Of a stretch of DNA of 64,000 nt, positions 29,653 through 41,098 are shown one piece after another. Positions within the stretch are counted from its first letter, which is position 1; every line of letters begins with the position of its first letter. The notes beneath the pieces were generated by a model, which was given only the letters and a program-made list of their open reading frames with translations, was not told the DNA's origin and ran no database searches. The position numbers and the translations under genes are program-made. The DNA comes from an uncultured Phycisphaerales bacterium (GTDB taxonomy: Bacteria; Planctomycetota; Phycisphaerae; Tepidisphaerales; Tepidisphaeraceae), in the NCBI GenBank assembly GCA_963755915.1, contig CAVWLP010000002.1:384001-448000 (forward strand), read 5' to 3'.

Positions 29653-32649
29653 GTGATGGCACGAGGTAATCGTCCAGGGAGATTTTGCGCATCTGTTTTT
29701 GGCCATAATTCGCCGGCGCCCGTGCCGAACCGTAAAGCCCGCAAAGCCGTTCGCCGCAGGATGATCGCTCCGGCGGCGTATTTCACCGGGCTGGAAGAGC
29801 TGGAAGCGCGGGTTTTGCTTAGCGCCTCTCCAACCCTGATCAACGGCGTGCTTACCTGCACTGGAACCGCGGAACAAACGAACACCATTGACGTTGCCCT
29901 CTCGACGGATGGGAGCACGATTACGGCCACCGTCGATGGCGTGAGCAAGAGCTGCACGGCTTCCTCGGTCGATTCCCTGGTGATCAACGCCGGGACACGC
30001 AGCGATAGCATCAAGGTCGATTCGAACATTCGGATCGACGAAACGATTACCGAGGGGAAAGGCGCGCCGGCATCGGCGGGCAACAGCGGCAGCACGCCCA
30101 GCAGCCCCAGCGGGCCTTCGAGCTCCGGCAGCGGATCGACTACCATCGGAACTTCCAATCCGGGTAGTGGTGCGTCAAGCAGTGGGACATCGAGCAGTGG
30201 TACGTCGAGCAGCGGATCCTCAAACAGCGGGTCATCCAGCAGCGGATCATCGAATAGCGGATCATCGGGACTGAGTTCTTCAGGCCTCGGTTCTTCGGGC
30301 AGCTCGTCGCCGGGCACGTCAAGCTCGGGCAGTAGCTCATCCGGCTCCGGCACCAGCACCTCGGGCAGCAGCTCATCCGGTTTGGGGAGCAGCACCTCGG
30401 GCAATTCGTCGAGCGGGTCGTCTAATTCCGGCAGCAGCTCATCGGGCACAGGCTCATCCGGCACAGGTTCATCCGGCACAAGCTCATCTGGGACCGGATC
30501 GTCCGGCAGCAGCACTTCGGGATCGGGCGGCAGTTCGTCGGGCGCGTCTTCGAGCGGGTCGTCAAATTCTGGCAGCAGTTCGTCGAGCACCGGATCGTCG
30601 CCGACCGGCCCGATTGCTCCGCCACCGCCGAGGCTGGGGAACGGCAACGCGCCGGGGTCCAGCAGCAGCAGCGGCTCCTCCGGATCGACAAGCGGGTCGT
30701 CGAGCAGCGGAACGTCCAGCAGCGGAACCTCGAACAGCGGCTCGTCGAACTCCGGCAGCTCCAGCAGCGGTTCTTCAACAAGCGGATCATCAAGCACGGG
30801 CTCTTCGGCCAGCGGCTCATCCAGCAGCAGCGCATCCAACTCCGGTTCGTCCAGCTCCGGCAGTTCTACCAGCGGGAATGGATCATCCGGCAGCTCTGCC
30901 TCCAGCAGCGGCTCGTCGAACACCGGCTCATCCACGAGCGGTTCATCGAGCAGCGGCTCAAACGGAAGCGGCTCGACCGGCACTCCGACCGCCACGAGCG
31001 GTCCAGGCACTCCCTCGCCGGTGATCACGGTCACCAGCCCCTCGACGGTTCTTCCGCTGGAATCGGTGAACGTTCAGGCGGTAAATTCGAACTTCGGCGA
31101 CGGGACGATCCTGAACAGCACGATCACCTGGAATTTCGGCGACTCCGGCTCGGAGTACAACACGCTGGTCGGCTTCAATGCCGCCCACGCGTATGCGAAT
31201 CCCGGGACTTATACGATCACCCTGTCGATCACCACGCCGGACGGCAACGTGGGCGTGACGACGACGCAGGTGACGATCGAGCCGGACAATCGCCCGACGA
31301 TTTACGTTTCACCGAATGGCAACGACGCGAATGACGGGTCGTCGCCGAGTGATCCGGTACAGAGCCTGGCGGCTGTGCAGAATCTGCTGACGAGCAACGA
31401 GCGCGTGCTCTTCCAGGCCGGCGGCGTTTATTCCTACAGCGGGGCCAACGCCCTGAACCTCGGCGGCTTGAGCGACGTTTACATCGGATCCTATGGGTCC
31501 GGCGCCGCTCCCGTTATCTACTACAACGGCGCAGCCGTCGGTGGGACGATGATCGGGCTCTCCAACACCAGCAGCGGAATCGTCGTGCAGGGACTTCAGT
31601 TCGATTCCATCTACACTAACAACGACGATATCCAGGCAATTCCGACGGCGTTCATCGCCAACGGAAATGACGTCAGCATTCTCAACGACACGTTTTTGAA
31701 CGTGGCCGACGACATCAACCTCGTGCTGGCGCCCACGAATTACCTGATCCAGGACAACTCTTCGCCCAACACCAGCGACTTGAGCGGATATTTCGGCTGG
31801 GTGGCGGGAAGCGAGATTGTGTTCCTCGGCAACACCGTCTCCGGCTCCGCAGGCGAGGCGGACATGCGCGTCGCGGGCGTGACCGACCTGGAGCTGGCGT
31901 ACAACAACTTCACCAATCCGCCGGAGAATTCCGGTGGAACGGTTTCGAAGAACACGCTTTCGACGCAGGTCGGGCAGTATATTTATGCCTATCGCAACAC
32001 GTTCGCGCAGGGACCGGCCAACGCCGGGCCGCTGGGAACCGATGTCGCCAATCCGGACGTGACCCTCACCGACGTGGTGTTTGATTCCAACACGATCAAC
32101 AACACCACGCTGCTGATCACCGCCGGCGCCGAAGACGTCATGATTGAGAACAACGTGATCAACGCCAACGGCGATTCGGGCATCACCATCAACGCCCAGG
32201 AAATCGGCGGCGGGTTCAACTGGACGGTGACCAACGTCTGGATCCTGAACAACACCGTGACCGAGCCCGGCCAGTACGGCGGCTTCCTGGCGATCAACGA
32301 CGGCGAGGCCTCCAACATCGTCATGGATTACAACGTGTTCGACGATCCGAATTTCCAGATCAGCTCAGGTCAGGCATTCGTGACCATCGACGAGAACGAC
32401 ATGAACAGCTTCAGCCAGGTGCTGGATAACGTCTGGTCGACGCCGGCGTGGATCTCGCCCTGGGTCAACGGCGGAATGTTCTTCGTGTCGTCGGATATCA
32501 GCTCGCAGGTGGGCTGGCTGACGCCCGCGGAATGGGAAGCCTCCGGCGTGGCGAGCGGAGACGTGATCATGAACATCAACCTGGGCTCGACTTATCAAGT
32601 GCAGGTGGATGGGTTCACGGCTGGATCAAGCTTGTCGAATGCGTCGTAA
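29653..32649 (+). CDS. Secreted Ser/Gly-rich protein with PKD domain and right-handed beta-helix (paralog 1)
   Basis: LEELEARVLL; ~300-aa SSSG(S/T) tract; WNFGD...HAYANPGTYTITL; IYVSPNGNDANDG; Asn-rich repeats. Confidence 0.85.
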   Translation: MMARGNRPGRFCASVFGHNSPAPVPNRKARKAVRRRMIAPAAYFTGLEELEARVLLSASPTLINGVLTCTGTAEQTNTIDVALSTDGSTITATVDGVSKSCTASSVDSLVINAGTRSDSIKVDSNIRIDETITEGKGAPASAGNSGSTPSSPSGPSSSGSGSTTIGTSNPGSGASSSGTSSSGTSSSGSSNSGSSSSGSSNSGSSGLSSSGLGSSGSSSPGTSSSGSSSSGSGTSTSGSSSSGLGSSTSGNSSSGSSNSGSSSSGTGSSGTGSSGTSSSGTGSSGSSTSGSGGSSSGASSSGSSNSGSSSSSTGSSPTGPIAPPPPRLGNGNAPGSSSSSGSSGSTSGSSSSGTSSSGTSNSGSSNSGSSSSGSSTSGSSSTGSSASGSSSSSASNSGSSSSGSSTSGNGSSGSSASSSGSSNTGSSTSGSSSSGSNGSGSTGTPTATSGPGTPSPVITVTSPSTVLPLESVNVQAVNSNFGDGTILNSTITWNFGDSGSEYNTLVGFNAAHAYANPGTYTITLSITTPDGNVGVTTTQVTIEPDNRPTIYVSPNGNDANDGSSPSDPVQSLAAVQNLLTSNERVLFQAGGVYSYSGANALNLGGLSDVYIGSYGSGAAPVIYYNGAAVGGTMIGLSNTSSGIVVQGLQFDSIYTNNDDIQAIPTAFIANGNDVSILNDTFLNVADDINLVLAPTNYLIQDNSSPNTSDLSGYFGWVAGSEIVFLGNTVSGSAGEADMRVAGVTDLELAYNNFTNPPENSGGTVSKNTLSTQVGQYIYAYRNTFAQGPANAGPLGTDVANPDVTLTDVVFDSNTINNTTLLITAGAEDVMIENNVINANGDSGITINAQEIGGGFNWTVTNVWILNNTVTEPGQYGGFLAINDGEASNIVMDYNVFDDPNFQISSGQAFVTIDENDMNSFSQVLDNVWSTPAWISPWVNGGMFFVSSDISSQVGWLTPAEWEASGVASGDVIMNINLGSTYQVQVDGFTAGSSLSNAS

Positions 32650-32672
32650 CACGGTTGCCACGCCGATTATCG

Positions 32673-33137
32673 CCTCTCCCGGTCAGCGCGAACGCGCTTC
32701 TCCGGGAGAGGGTTCGGTTGACGGCATTTGAAACCGCTCTAAGACGCGATGGATCTCGATCGCTGCAGACCCTCACCACAACAACTCACTTGGAGGACCT
32801 GACGGCGTGACACTTTTCTAATGCGTTGGCCACGGGGCGCTCGCTTAAAGACAAAATTCAAACGCAATGCAGAAGGGGCGAGGGGGAACCCATATAAGGC
32901 CCCAAAAGTTTCTCCCTCGCCCCTCCCGCACCCTCCCCACTCCCCTTCCTTTTCCCCTCAACGCTCCCCCCAAACAAAAAATGCGTGCGCGGCGGCCCAT
33001 CCGCAATGGTGTGCCCCAACGCCAGCGTAGATCAGGTGTGCGGATCACTTGCGAAGCACGTTCGCATCTCGCCTTTCGGCGTGGACAGCCAGGGGAAGCG
33101 AAAGAGGGTGGAGGGGGTGCGGGGGAGGCGGGAGAAA
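32673..33137. repeat. Cluster of REP-like hairpins and a long imperfect inverted repeat
   Basis: CCTCTCCCGG/CCGGGAGAGG (32673-32711); pyrimidine arm 32909-32958 complementary to purine arm 33091-33137. Confidence 0.65.
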
Positions 33138-33141
33138 ACAT

Positions 33142-33924
33142 TCAACGCACTGCCACGGCATCACGCCGCGGCTTGCCTTCGGCGGCGTCGGACATTTTGA
33201 TCACGGCGTCTTCCATGCCCTCGGGCTTCGTTTCCAGCTTGCGGAGAAATTCGTCGAGGGGCAGCCAGTCGGGGAAAATCCAGCCGGCGTGATGCTGGGA
33301 TGCGGTGTTGGCGCCGACGATCTGACCGATCGTCGAGAGCCGGTGCAGAACCTCCCGCGCCCAGCGCAGGATGCCGGGATGAATTTCAAAGTCGATGACG
33401 GGGATCGGCTGGGTGAGACCCTGGAAGACTTCAACTTCGTATCCCTCAACGTCGACCTTGCAGAGCCGCGGGCGGCCGTATTGATGGATCAGCTCATCGA
33501 GCGTCGTCAATTCCACGGTCTGCGAGCTGGTGTTCTCGAAAGGCCAATCGGCGAGGATGCTGGCGGTGGAATCGGTTCCGTGAAAATTCAACACGGCCGA
33601 TCCGGTCGCTGCTCCGACGGCCTTTCGGACGAGGGTGACGCGCGGATTTCGGCCGAATTGCCAATTCAGGACGGGGAAACAGAGCGGATTGGGTTCGACG
33701 GCGATAATGCGGGCGCCGAGGTCGAGCAGGGCTTCGGTGGTCTGGCCGACGTTTGCGCCGATGTCGAAGCAGAGGTCGTTTGGCTTGACGAATTGGGCGT
33801 AGAAGCGTTTCAGTGCGGCGCGTTCCTGCCGTAGGGCGGGGTTGAAGCGGCGGTAGATGTGCCGGGCCAGCGGGTAGATGCCGCTTTTCTTGACGATCGA
33901 TTTTAGGGCGGTTTCGGTGGACAT
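33142..33924 (-). CDS. FkbM family methyltransferase
   Basis: FDIGANVG, AVEPNP, TTLDELI, KVDVEGYE; start MSTETALK. Confidence 0.92.
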   Translation of the reverse strand: MSTETALKSIVKKSGIYPLARHIYRRFNPALRQERAALKRFYAQFVKPNDLCFDIGANVGQTTEALLDLGARIIAVEPNPLCFPVLNWQFGRNPRVTLVRKAVGAATGSAVLNFHGTDSTASILADWPFENTSSQTVELTTLDELIHQYGRPRLCKVDVEGYEVEVFQGLTQPIPVIDFEIHPGILRWAREVLHRLSTIGQIVGANTASQHHAGWIFPDWLPLDEFLRKLETKPEGMEDAVIKMSDAAEGKPRRDAVAVR

Positions 33925-34152
33925 TTTTCGCAAGGATACGTGGCAGATCGAACCGGACGCCGATTGTGCGCAAATCGAGCGCGATTGCCGTTGCATATCG
34001 GCAATTCGGCTATAACGGCTGAAATTGGCGATCGCGGCATGGCTGAAGTGTCGCGGCATTTTTTGGCATTCCTGGATCGGTCTTAGCCCGATAACGTTCG
34101 ACATGAATTCGGATGCAGGCGATGATTTGGGTGGACGAAGAAGGAATCGCCC

Positions 34153-35612
34153 TTGCTGTTTAATTCCACGAGCTATCTGATTTTTCTGACGGTGGTGGTG
34201 CTGGTCTATCACCAGTTGCCGCCGCGGGGAAAGCGATGGGTGATCCTCGTCGCCAGCTACATATTTTATGCATCGTGGAAATGGCAGTTTCTGGGGCTCC
34301 TGGTCGCATCGACGCTGGCAAATTATTTTTTTGGATTGCTGATTGGCGAGGCGGCGCATTCCCATCACGAGATTTATCCTGCCGGTTCGCGGCCGCCGAC
34401 GCACAAAAATCAGGTTCTGGATTATGAAGAGCGCGCCAGGCCCCGGCGGAAATTCTGGCTGATCGTGGCGCTGGTTTGCAACCTGGCAGTGCTGTCCCTT
34501 TTCAAATATGCCGGATTTCTTTCGGACACGAGCTATGGGCTGCTGGGGCATCGCGTCATCCCCTCGCTGAACTGGATTTTGCCGCTGGGGATCTCGTTTT
34601 ATACGTTTGAAGTGATCAGCTATGCAGTGGATGTTTATCAGGGAATCACCACGCCGATCCGTTCGCCGATGGACATGGCGCTGTATGTCTGCTTTTTCCC
34701 GCACCTGATCGCGGGGCCGATCATTCGCTCGGAAGATCTGGTGCCGCAGCTTTCGGCGGATCAGCCGTTTTCCTGGGGGAATATTCAGACGGGAATCGCG
34801 CGGTTTGTGTGGGGGATGATCAAGAAAGTCTATATCGCGGACGTGATGGCGAGCCTGGTGAACGAAGTGTACGGCGCGCCGGCATCTTATTCCGGCGGTG
34901 GGCTGCTGCTGGCGACGTACGCCTTCGCGGTGGAGATTTACTGCGATTTCTCGGCGTATACGGATATGGCGATCGGCTCGGCGCTGATGCTGGGGATCCG
35001 GTTGCCGGAGAATTTCGATTCGCCTTATCTTTCGTGCAGCATCCGGGAATTCTGGCGGCGATGGCATATCAGCCTTTCGACCTGGCTGCGGGATTACCTG
35101 TATATCCCGCTGGGCGGCAGCCGGCGGGGAAAGGTTCGCACCTATGTGAACCTGCTGCTGACGATGCTCCTGGGCGGGCTTTGGCACGGGGCGGCCTGGA
35201 CGTTCGTGGTGTGGGGAGGACTCCACGGCGCGGTGATGAGCCTGGAGAGATTCTTCAACGTCAGCGAGAAGCCGCCGGAATCGATTCCGTGGCGACTGGT
35301 GCGATGGATCGTGGCATTTCATATCATCTGCGCCTCGTGGGTACTCTTCCGCGCCGAAGTTTCGGAATGGCGCTACTGATTTTCCGCCGGATTATTACAG
35401 CCGCGCCCGGGCAATTGACCGTTGATTATCGGCCCGCGTTTTATCTGCTGGCGCTGATTGCCGCGGAGCTTCTGGCGGTGCGAAAGTGGTGGATTTCGGT
35501 CATGAACGATCGGCCGGCACTGGCGCGGTGGGCGGCTTATGGAGCCGCGACGGTCTTCATCCTGACGTTCAACCGGGCGTCGAATCCAGAATTCATCTAC
35601 TTTCAGTTTTGA
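34153..35612 (+). CDS. MBOAT O-acyltransferase, AlgI/DltB/PatA family (frameshift ~35360)
   Basis: MLFNS, LPLGISFYTF, FPHLIAGPI, DFSAYTDMAIG, FWRRWHISLSTW, GLWHGA, terminal FIYFQF. Confidence 0.93.
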
Positions 35613-35614
35613 CG

Positions 35615-36799
35615 ATGTCGAGCCAGACTGTTTCAATCTCGCCGCACATGGAACCGGAAGAACCGACCGATCCGCCTGTGACCACGCCCTGCCGAGGATG
35701 TGCGCGGGTGATGCGGAAAGTCGGCCGGGATCTGCTCATTATTATTCTGATTCTCGTGGCCGCGGAAATCGTTTTGCGGTTTGTGGGTCCGGAATATGAG
35801 CGGAATCTTTACGATCACGATTACACCGGCTCGCAGCTTGTCGATTTGAACGCCGAGGGATATCGCGGCCCGGCGGTTCCGCTGGCGAAAGAGCCAGGGG
35901 AATTTCGCATCGTTTGCCTGGGGGATTCGACGACGTTTGGCACCGGCGTGGGGTCCGGGGACACCTGGCCGGCTCAGCTTGGCGATCTGCTGCGGCAGAA
36001 GACCTCGCGGCCGGTTTCGGCGATGAACGTGGCGTTTGAGGGGGCGAGCCTTCGCACGCTCGATCTGGCGTATCGCAACCAGTGGGCGGCATATAAGCCA
36101 GACGTGGTGGCGCTGCTGGTGAGCGGGAACATGATTTCGCTTTCGTGGATGCAGCGAAATAGCGAAGCCGAGCAGCCGCGGTATGGACGGTCGCCGGTGC
36201 ATGAGACGACCGTCGAGCATTATGAGACCGAATTGAACCGCGCGTTTCACAAGCTGCGCCTGCCGGCCTTTCTGTCGCTCAATACCCAGCGGGGACTTTA
36301 TTGGCTGGGGGTGTTGAATCACAACATTTCGCCTCAGACGCCAACCGGGGCAATGCTGGCGCACGGCTGGCGGGAGGGTGGGCTCGATCCGGCGGAAGCC
36401 CAGGAGGCGTGGAAGGTTTTTGCCCGCGATCTGACGCTGTTTCGCGACGATGTGGCCGTCCATGGGGCGGTGCTGGTGGTGGAATATGTGCCAACGCGAT
36501 TTGACATTTCCGATACGACTTTTGACAACGAAAAAAATGTCCCGCGCGACCGGCTGACGATCGATCCTGACCGCCGATTTGCGGATTTGTGCGCCAAGCT
36601 CGACATTCCCCGCGCGGATGGGCTGGGTGCGATCCGGCAGCGCCGGGCGGAAATAGAGGCGGTCGAAGGGCGCCATGCATCTATGTATATTCCTTTTGAT
36701 TACGCCCATCTCGATCACGACGGCCACTTCGCGGTGGCCCGGGCCCTGGCCGATTATCTCGGCAAATCCGGGCCGTTTTTATCCGACACGTCCAGATAA
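35615..36799 (+). CDS. SGNH/GDSL protein, AlgJ/PatB-like partner of MBOAT
   Basis: N-terminal TM; LGDSTTFG; DYAH catalytic motif; 2 nt after MBOAT stop. Confidence 0.82.
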   Translation: MSSQTVSISPHMEPEEPTDPPVTTPCRGCARVMRKVGRDLLIIILILVAAEIVLRFVGPEYERNLYDHDYTGSQLVDLNAEGYRGPAVPLAKEPGEFRIVCLGDSTTFGTGVGSGDTWPAQLGDLLRQKTSRPVSAMNVAFEGASLRTLDLAYRNQWAAYKPDVVALLVSGNMISLSWMQRNSEAEQPRYGRSPVHETTVEHYETELNRAFHKLRLPAFLSLNTQRGLYWLGVLNHNISPQTPTGAMLAHGWREGGLDPAEAQEAWKVFARDLTLFRDDVAVHGAVLVVEYVPTRFDISDTTFDNEKNVPRDRLTIDPDRRFADLCAKLDIPRADGLGAIRQRRAEIEAVEGRHASMYIPFDYAHLDHDGHFAVARALADYLGKSGPFLSDTSR

Positions 36800-37013
36800 A
36801 TCCGCGAAATTTGCTTCCGGGGAAATCAAATCGTATCTAGAACGAGCCTGATTCTTCGGGAACAATTCCCGACTTCATTCCTGAAGCCGCTACCTGTGAA
36901 AATGCGCGGGTCGCATCGCATCGACGGATTAGCGCGGCGCTGCCGCTACAGAAACTTTTTTTATCTCGGTAAAGTCGCCTGAGTGCTTCGCAACGGTTCC
37001 CGATGCGAATCAC

Positions 37014-39442
37014 ATGAAGAAGTACAACCGCAAGTCGTCCCGTCAGGGTCTTGAAGGTCTGGAAAATCGGCAGCTCTTGTCGGCGTGCCTGCTCAACGGT
37101 TCCTCGTTCGAGCTGCACGGCGATGCCAACCAATCCAACACCTTCGTCATTCGCAACGCCTCCAGCAACCGCGTTATCGGCTACGCGAATAACTTTGGCG
37201 AAGTCGTTTCCAGTAACCAGGTTCAGCAGGTCGTCGTTTATCTTGGGAAAGAGGACGACACGGTGACGGTTGCCGGCGGTGTGAATACCCCCGTCGAGGT
37301 GATCTCCTGCGATGGGCAGACCACCTGGATGAAAGCGGGCCAGACGCAGACTTTCCACGGAAACACCAGTGGCGGGACGACCGGCGGGACGACAAGCACA
37401 GGCAAAAAGAAGGACGTTCTGCCGTCGGGCTCGAGCACGAGCGGGTCGTCGAGCTCCGGCTCTTCCAGCTCGGGTACCGGATCGACCGGGTCCTCCACCA
37501 GCGGAAGCTCCAGCAGCGGAACATCCCAAAACGGCTCATCCAGCAGCGGATCTTCCAGCAGCAGCTCCACCGGAAGCGGTTCGTCGCAATCGACCTCTTC
37601 CAGCTCCGGCAGCAGCGCTTCGGGTTCTTCGAACAGCGGCTCCAGCAGCAGCGGAACCTCAAACAGCGGCTCATCGAGCAGCGGAAGCAGCACGTCCAAT
37701 TCCGGCAGCAGCACTTCCGGCAGCGGCAGCACCACGTCGGGGAGCAATAACAACAGCAACGGCCCCACGCCGACTCCCACGCCGCCGTCTTCATCGACGC
37801 CGGATGCAGTGATCACGCTTTCAACCACCGGCACGGTTCTGCCGCTGGAAACCGTCAACGTGGAATCCACGAATTCAACCTTCGGCGACGGCACGCTGCT
37901 CAACAGCAAGATCACCTGGAACTTCGGTGACACGAACTCGGCCTACAACAACAACATCGTGGGCTTCAGCGCCGCGCATGCCTATGCGAACGCCGGGACG
38001 TACACGATCACGATGACCATTATCACGCCCGACGGGCAGGTCTCGGTCGCGACGCAGCAGGTGACGATCTCTCCCGATACCCGGCAGACGATCTACGTCT
38101 CCACCAGCGGCAACGATGCGAACAACGGCCTCTCCGCCAGTGACCCGATTCAAAGCCTGGCGCGCCTCCAGCAGCTTTTGACGAGCAACACCCGGGTCCT
38201 CTTCCAGGCCGGAGACACCTGGACTCTCTCGACGACCAGCGAGATCAGCCTCGGCGAACTTTCGCACGTCTATCTCGGGTCGTACGGAACCGGGCGCAGC
38301 CGACCCTCTATTACGATGGCCCGGTGGGCGGCGGGTCGTTCATCGGGTTCGACAACAATTCGTCGAACATTGTCATTCAGGGCCTGACGTTCGACTCCAT
38401 CTATACCAACAACGACAACAAGCAGGCCATCCCGATGGCGCTGATCCCGACCGGCACCAACATCTCGATCCTCGACAACACGTTCCTGAACGTCGGCGAG
38501 GACGTGAACTTGCAGCTCGCGCCCACCAACGTGCTGGTGCAGGACAATACTTCGCCGAATCCGACGGCGCTCAGCGGCTATTTCGGCTGGGTGGCCGGCC
38601 AGAACATCACGTTCCTCGGCAACACCGTGGCCGCTTCAACCGGCGAGGCGATCATGCGCGTCGCCGGTGTCACCGACCTGGAGCTGGCGTACAACAACTT
38701 CACCAACCCCCCGGAAACCGCCGGTGGCGTTAATGTATCGAAGAACACGCTTTCGACGCAGGTGGGCACGGATGTCTACATTTACAAGAACACCTTCGCC
38801 GACGGCCCCGCCAACGCCGGGCCGCTGGGAACTTCCGTGGCCAATCCGGACGTCACCCTCACCAACGTCGTTTTCGACTCCAACGTGGTGAACGGAACGA
38901 CGATCCTGCTGACGGCGGGCGTCAACGACGTCATGGTCGAAAACAACGTGGTCAACGGCGACAACGGCGCCGGCATCACCATCGACGCCCAGGAAGTCGG
39001 CGGCGGGTTCAACTGGACCGTCACCAACGTCTGGATCGAGCACAACACCGTCACCGAACCGGGACAGTACGGCGGGTTCCTGTATATCAACGATGGACAG
39101 GCATCCAACGTCACCGTCGATTACAACGTGTTCGTCGACCCGAATTACCAGGTCGGCAACGGGCAGGCCTACATCAGCGTCGACGAGAACAACCTCGACA
39201 GTTTCGCGCAGATCAAGGACAACGTCTGGGGCACCCCGGCCTCGATTTCGTCCTGGAACAACGGCGGTATTTTCTTCGTCGGCACCGACCTCAGTTCGCA
39301 GGCGTCCTGGGAGACCATCCAGGAATTCGAATCCACGGGCGTGGCATCCGGCGATGTCATGGAGACAGTCAACCTCGGCAACACCTACAGCGTGACCGCC
39401 GACGGATTCACCGCCGGATCCAACCTGCCGAACAATTCGTAA
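37014..39442 (+). CDS. Secreted Ser/Gly-rich PKD + beta-helix protein (paralog 2; frameshift ~38295)
   Basis: LEGLENRQLL; shorter Ser tract; shared LSGYFGWVAG, VAGVTDLELAYNNFTNPPE, GGGFNWTVTNVWI. Confidence 0.85.
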
Positions 39443-39472
39443 CCGCCAATCAGGTCTGTGCCCTCAGTCCCG

Positions 39473-39507
39473 ACAGGGCGCCGAAAAGGCGCCCCTGTTC
39501 ATTTTTC
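39473..39507 (+). terminator. Probable intrinsic terminator
   Basis: ACAGGGCGCC-GAAA-AGGCGCCCCTGT then TCATTTTTT. Confidence 0.65.
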
Positions 39508-39537
39508 ATGGCTTTACCTATAAGGTGAATCGGAGAA

Positions 39538-41098
39538 ATGGTTGCGAGTTACCAGTTGCGAGTTGCGAGTCCGTTACGTTCACACCGATCCCGCTTTCGC
39601 AGTGATTTGATCTTCTGGATCGTTTTTCTCGCCGGCTTTCTCCTTCGTCTGCGCAGATATCTCCAGGACCGCGGGCTGATGCATGATGATGCGCAGCTAG
39701 CCTCAAATATCTTTTCCCGCTCCTTTTCGCAGCTTCTGCGGCCCCTGAATATCGGCGATCAGGCCGCGCCGGTCGGATTTCTCGAATTACAGAAAACGTC
39801 CACAACGATTTTCGGCCACGGCGAGCTGGCGCTGCGGCTGGTGCCGTTTCTCGCATCCGTCATTGTCCTGCCGATATTTTTTATCGCCGTGCGCAGGCTC
39901 TCATCGCAGGCCATCGCACTGATGGCCCTGGGATGGATGGCCCTGGCTGAGCCGCTGGTGCGATATTCGTCGGAGGCGAAGCAGTATTCGACGGATGTTT
40001 TGTGGGCGACGGTAATGCTTGCGCTGGCGGCCAATGCCGATGCCGTCGGGGCCACTGCAATTTTGACGGCGGTCGGCGCGGTCCTTCTGTGGTTCAGCCA
40101 CCCACTTCTGTTCGTGCTTGGGGGAATCAGCATAACGCTGCTGGTTCAATCCCTCCGCGCCGGCAAATTTAAGCGCGGGGAGGGTAACAATCATGGGCAC
40201 AATCTGGCTCGCCAGTTTCGCCGCGAATTATCTGCTGATTTCCCGCTACTACGTTTCCAACAACTTTCTGCTCGCCTACTGGCAAGACCAGAAAGCGTTC
40301 GCTCCCCTGCCGCGATCGTGGGATACGCTGCTCTGGTATCCGCGAACGGTCATCGACCTGTTCCACTATCCTTTGGGCATTTTCCCCAGCGGCGTATCCA
40401 CTGGCCTGGCGTATGTCATCGCCGGGCACGTGATCGAAATCACCGCGGTGGCGATGCTTCTGGCAGGTATCGGAGTTCTGGCCCGACGATCTCCGCGGGC
40501 CCTGGGATTTGTGATTTTCACGCTGGCCCTCACGCTCGCCGCATCAGGCCTTCAGCGTTATCCGTTCGCCGAACGGCTGACGCTCTTCTTCGCCCCGCTG
40601 ATGATCCTGCCCCTGGCTTTCGCAGCGGGATCGCTCGAGCCAAAGTTCACGATTGTCCCCTGCGCGATTCTCTTTCTGTACCCCGTTTACATCGAAACCA
40701 AATACCTGGTTCACCCCGAAATCCGCTACGACGCCAGGCCGGCGATCGATTACGTGAAAGCCAACTGGGAGCCGGGGGATACGATTTACCTGCACTGGGG
40801 CTCAGACGTTCTGGGGAATTATTATCTATCCGCGGTCCCGCAATTGAACCCGCCGGCCGAAGATCTCATCGACGGTGCGTTCGATCCAAACGTGAAAACC
40901 CGCCCGCAAACGCTGGCCGACGATTTGCTTAAAGTCCAGGGCCGCCCGCGCGTCTGGGTCGTCTTCTCCATGGGCGCGGCAGGCGACGAGCAAGCCATCG
41001 AGCAGACCCTCGACCAGCGCGGAAAGCGAATCGATCACGAAGACTTCAGGGGAAGTTCAGTCGACCTGTACAACCTTCAGCCCGCTCAGCGCAACTGA
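39538..41098 (+). CDS. GT-C fold glycosyltransferase (GT39/PMT/ArnT-like); frameshift ~40175
   Basis: HDDAQLA, QAAPVGF, LRLVPFL, YSSEAKQYS, RYPFAERL; multi-TM. Confidence 0.8.

Noticed and set aside
29565-31034. 489-aa Leu/Pro/Glu/Asp repeat ORF (also 37238-37933)
   Set aside because: Antisense translation of the Ser/Gly tracts.
33925-35322. 726-aa minus-strand ORF extending the FkbM gene
   Set aside because: The extension is the antisense shadow of the MBOAT gene; only 33142-33924 has methyltransferase motifs.
31000-39442. Diversity-generating retroelement template/variable pair in the paralogs
   Set aside because: Differences are mostly synonymous and not adenine-specific; no reverse transcriptase in the window.
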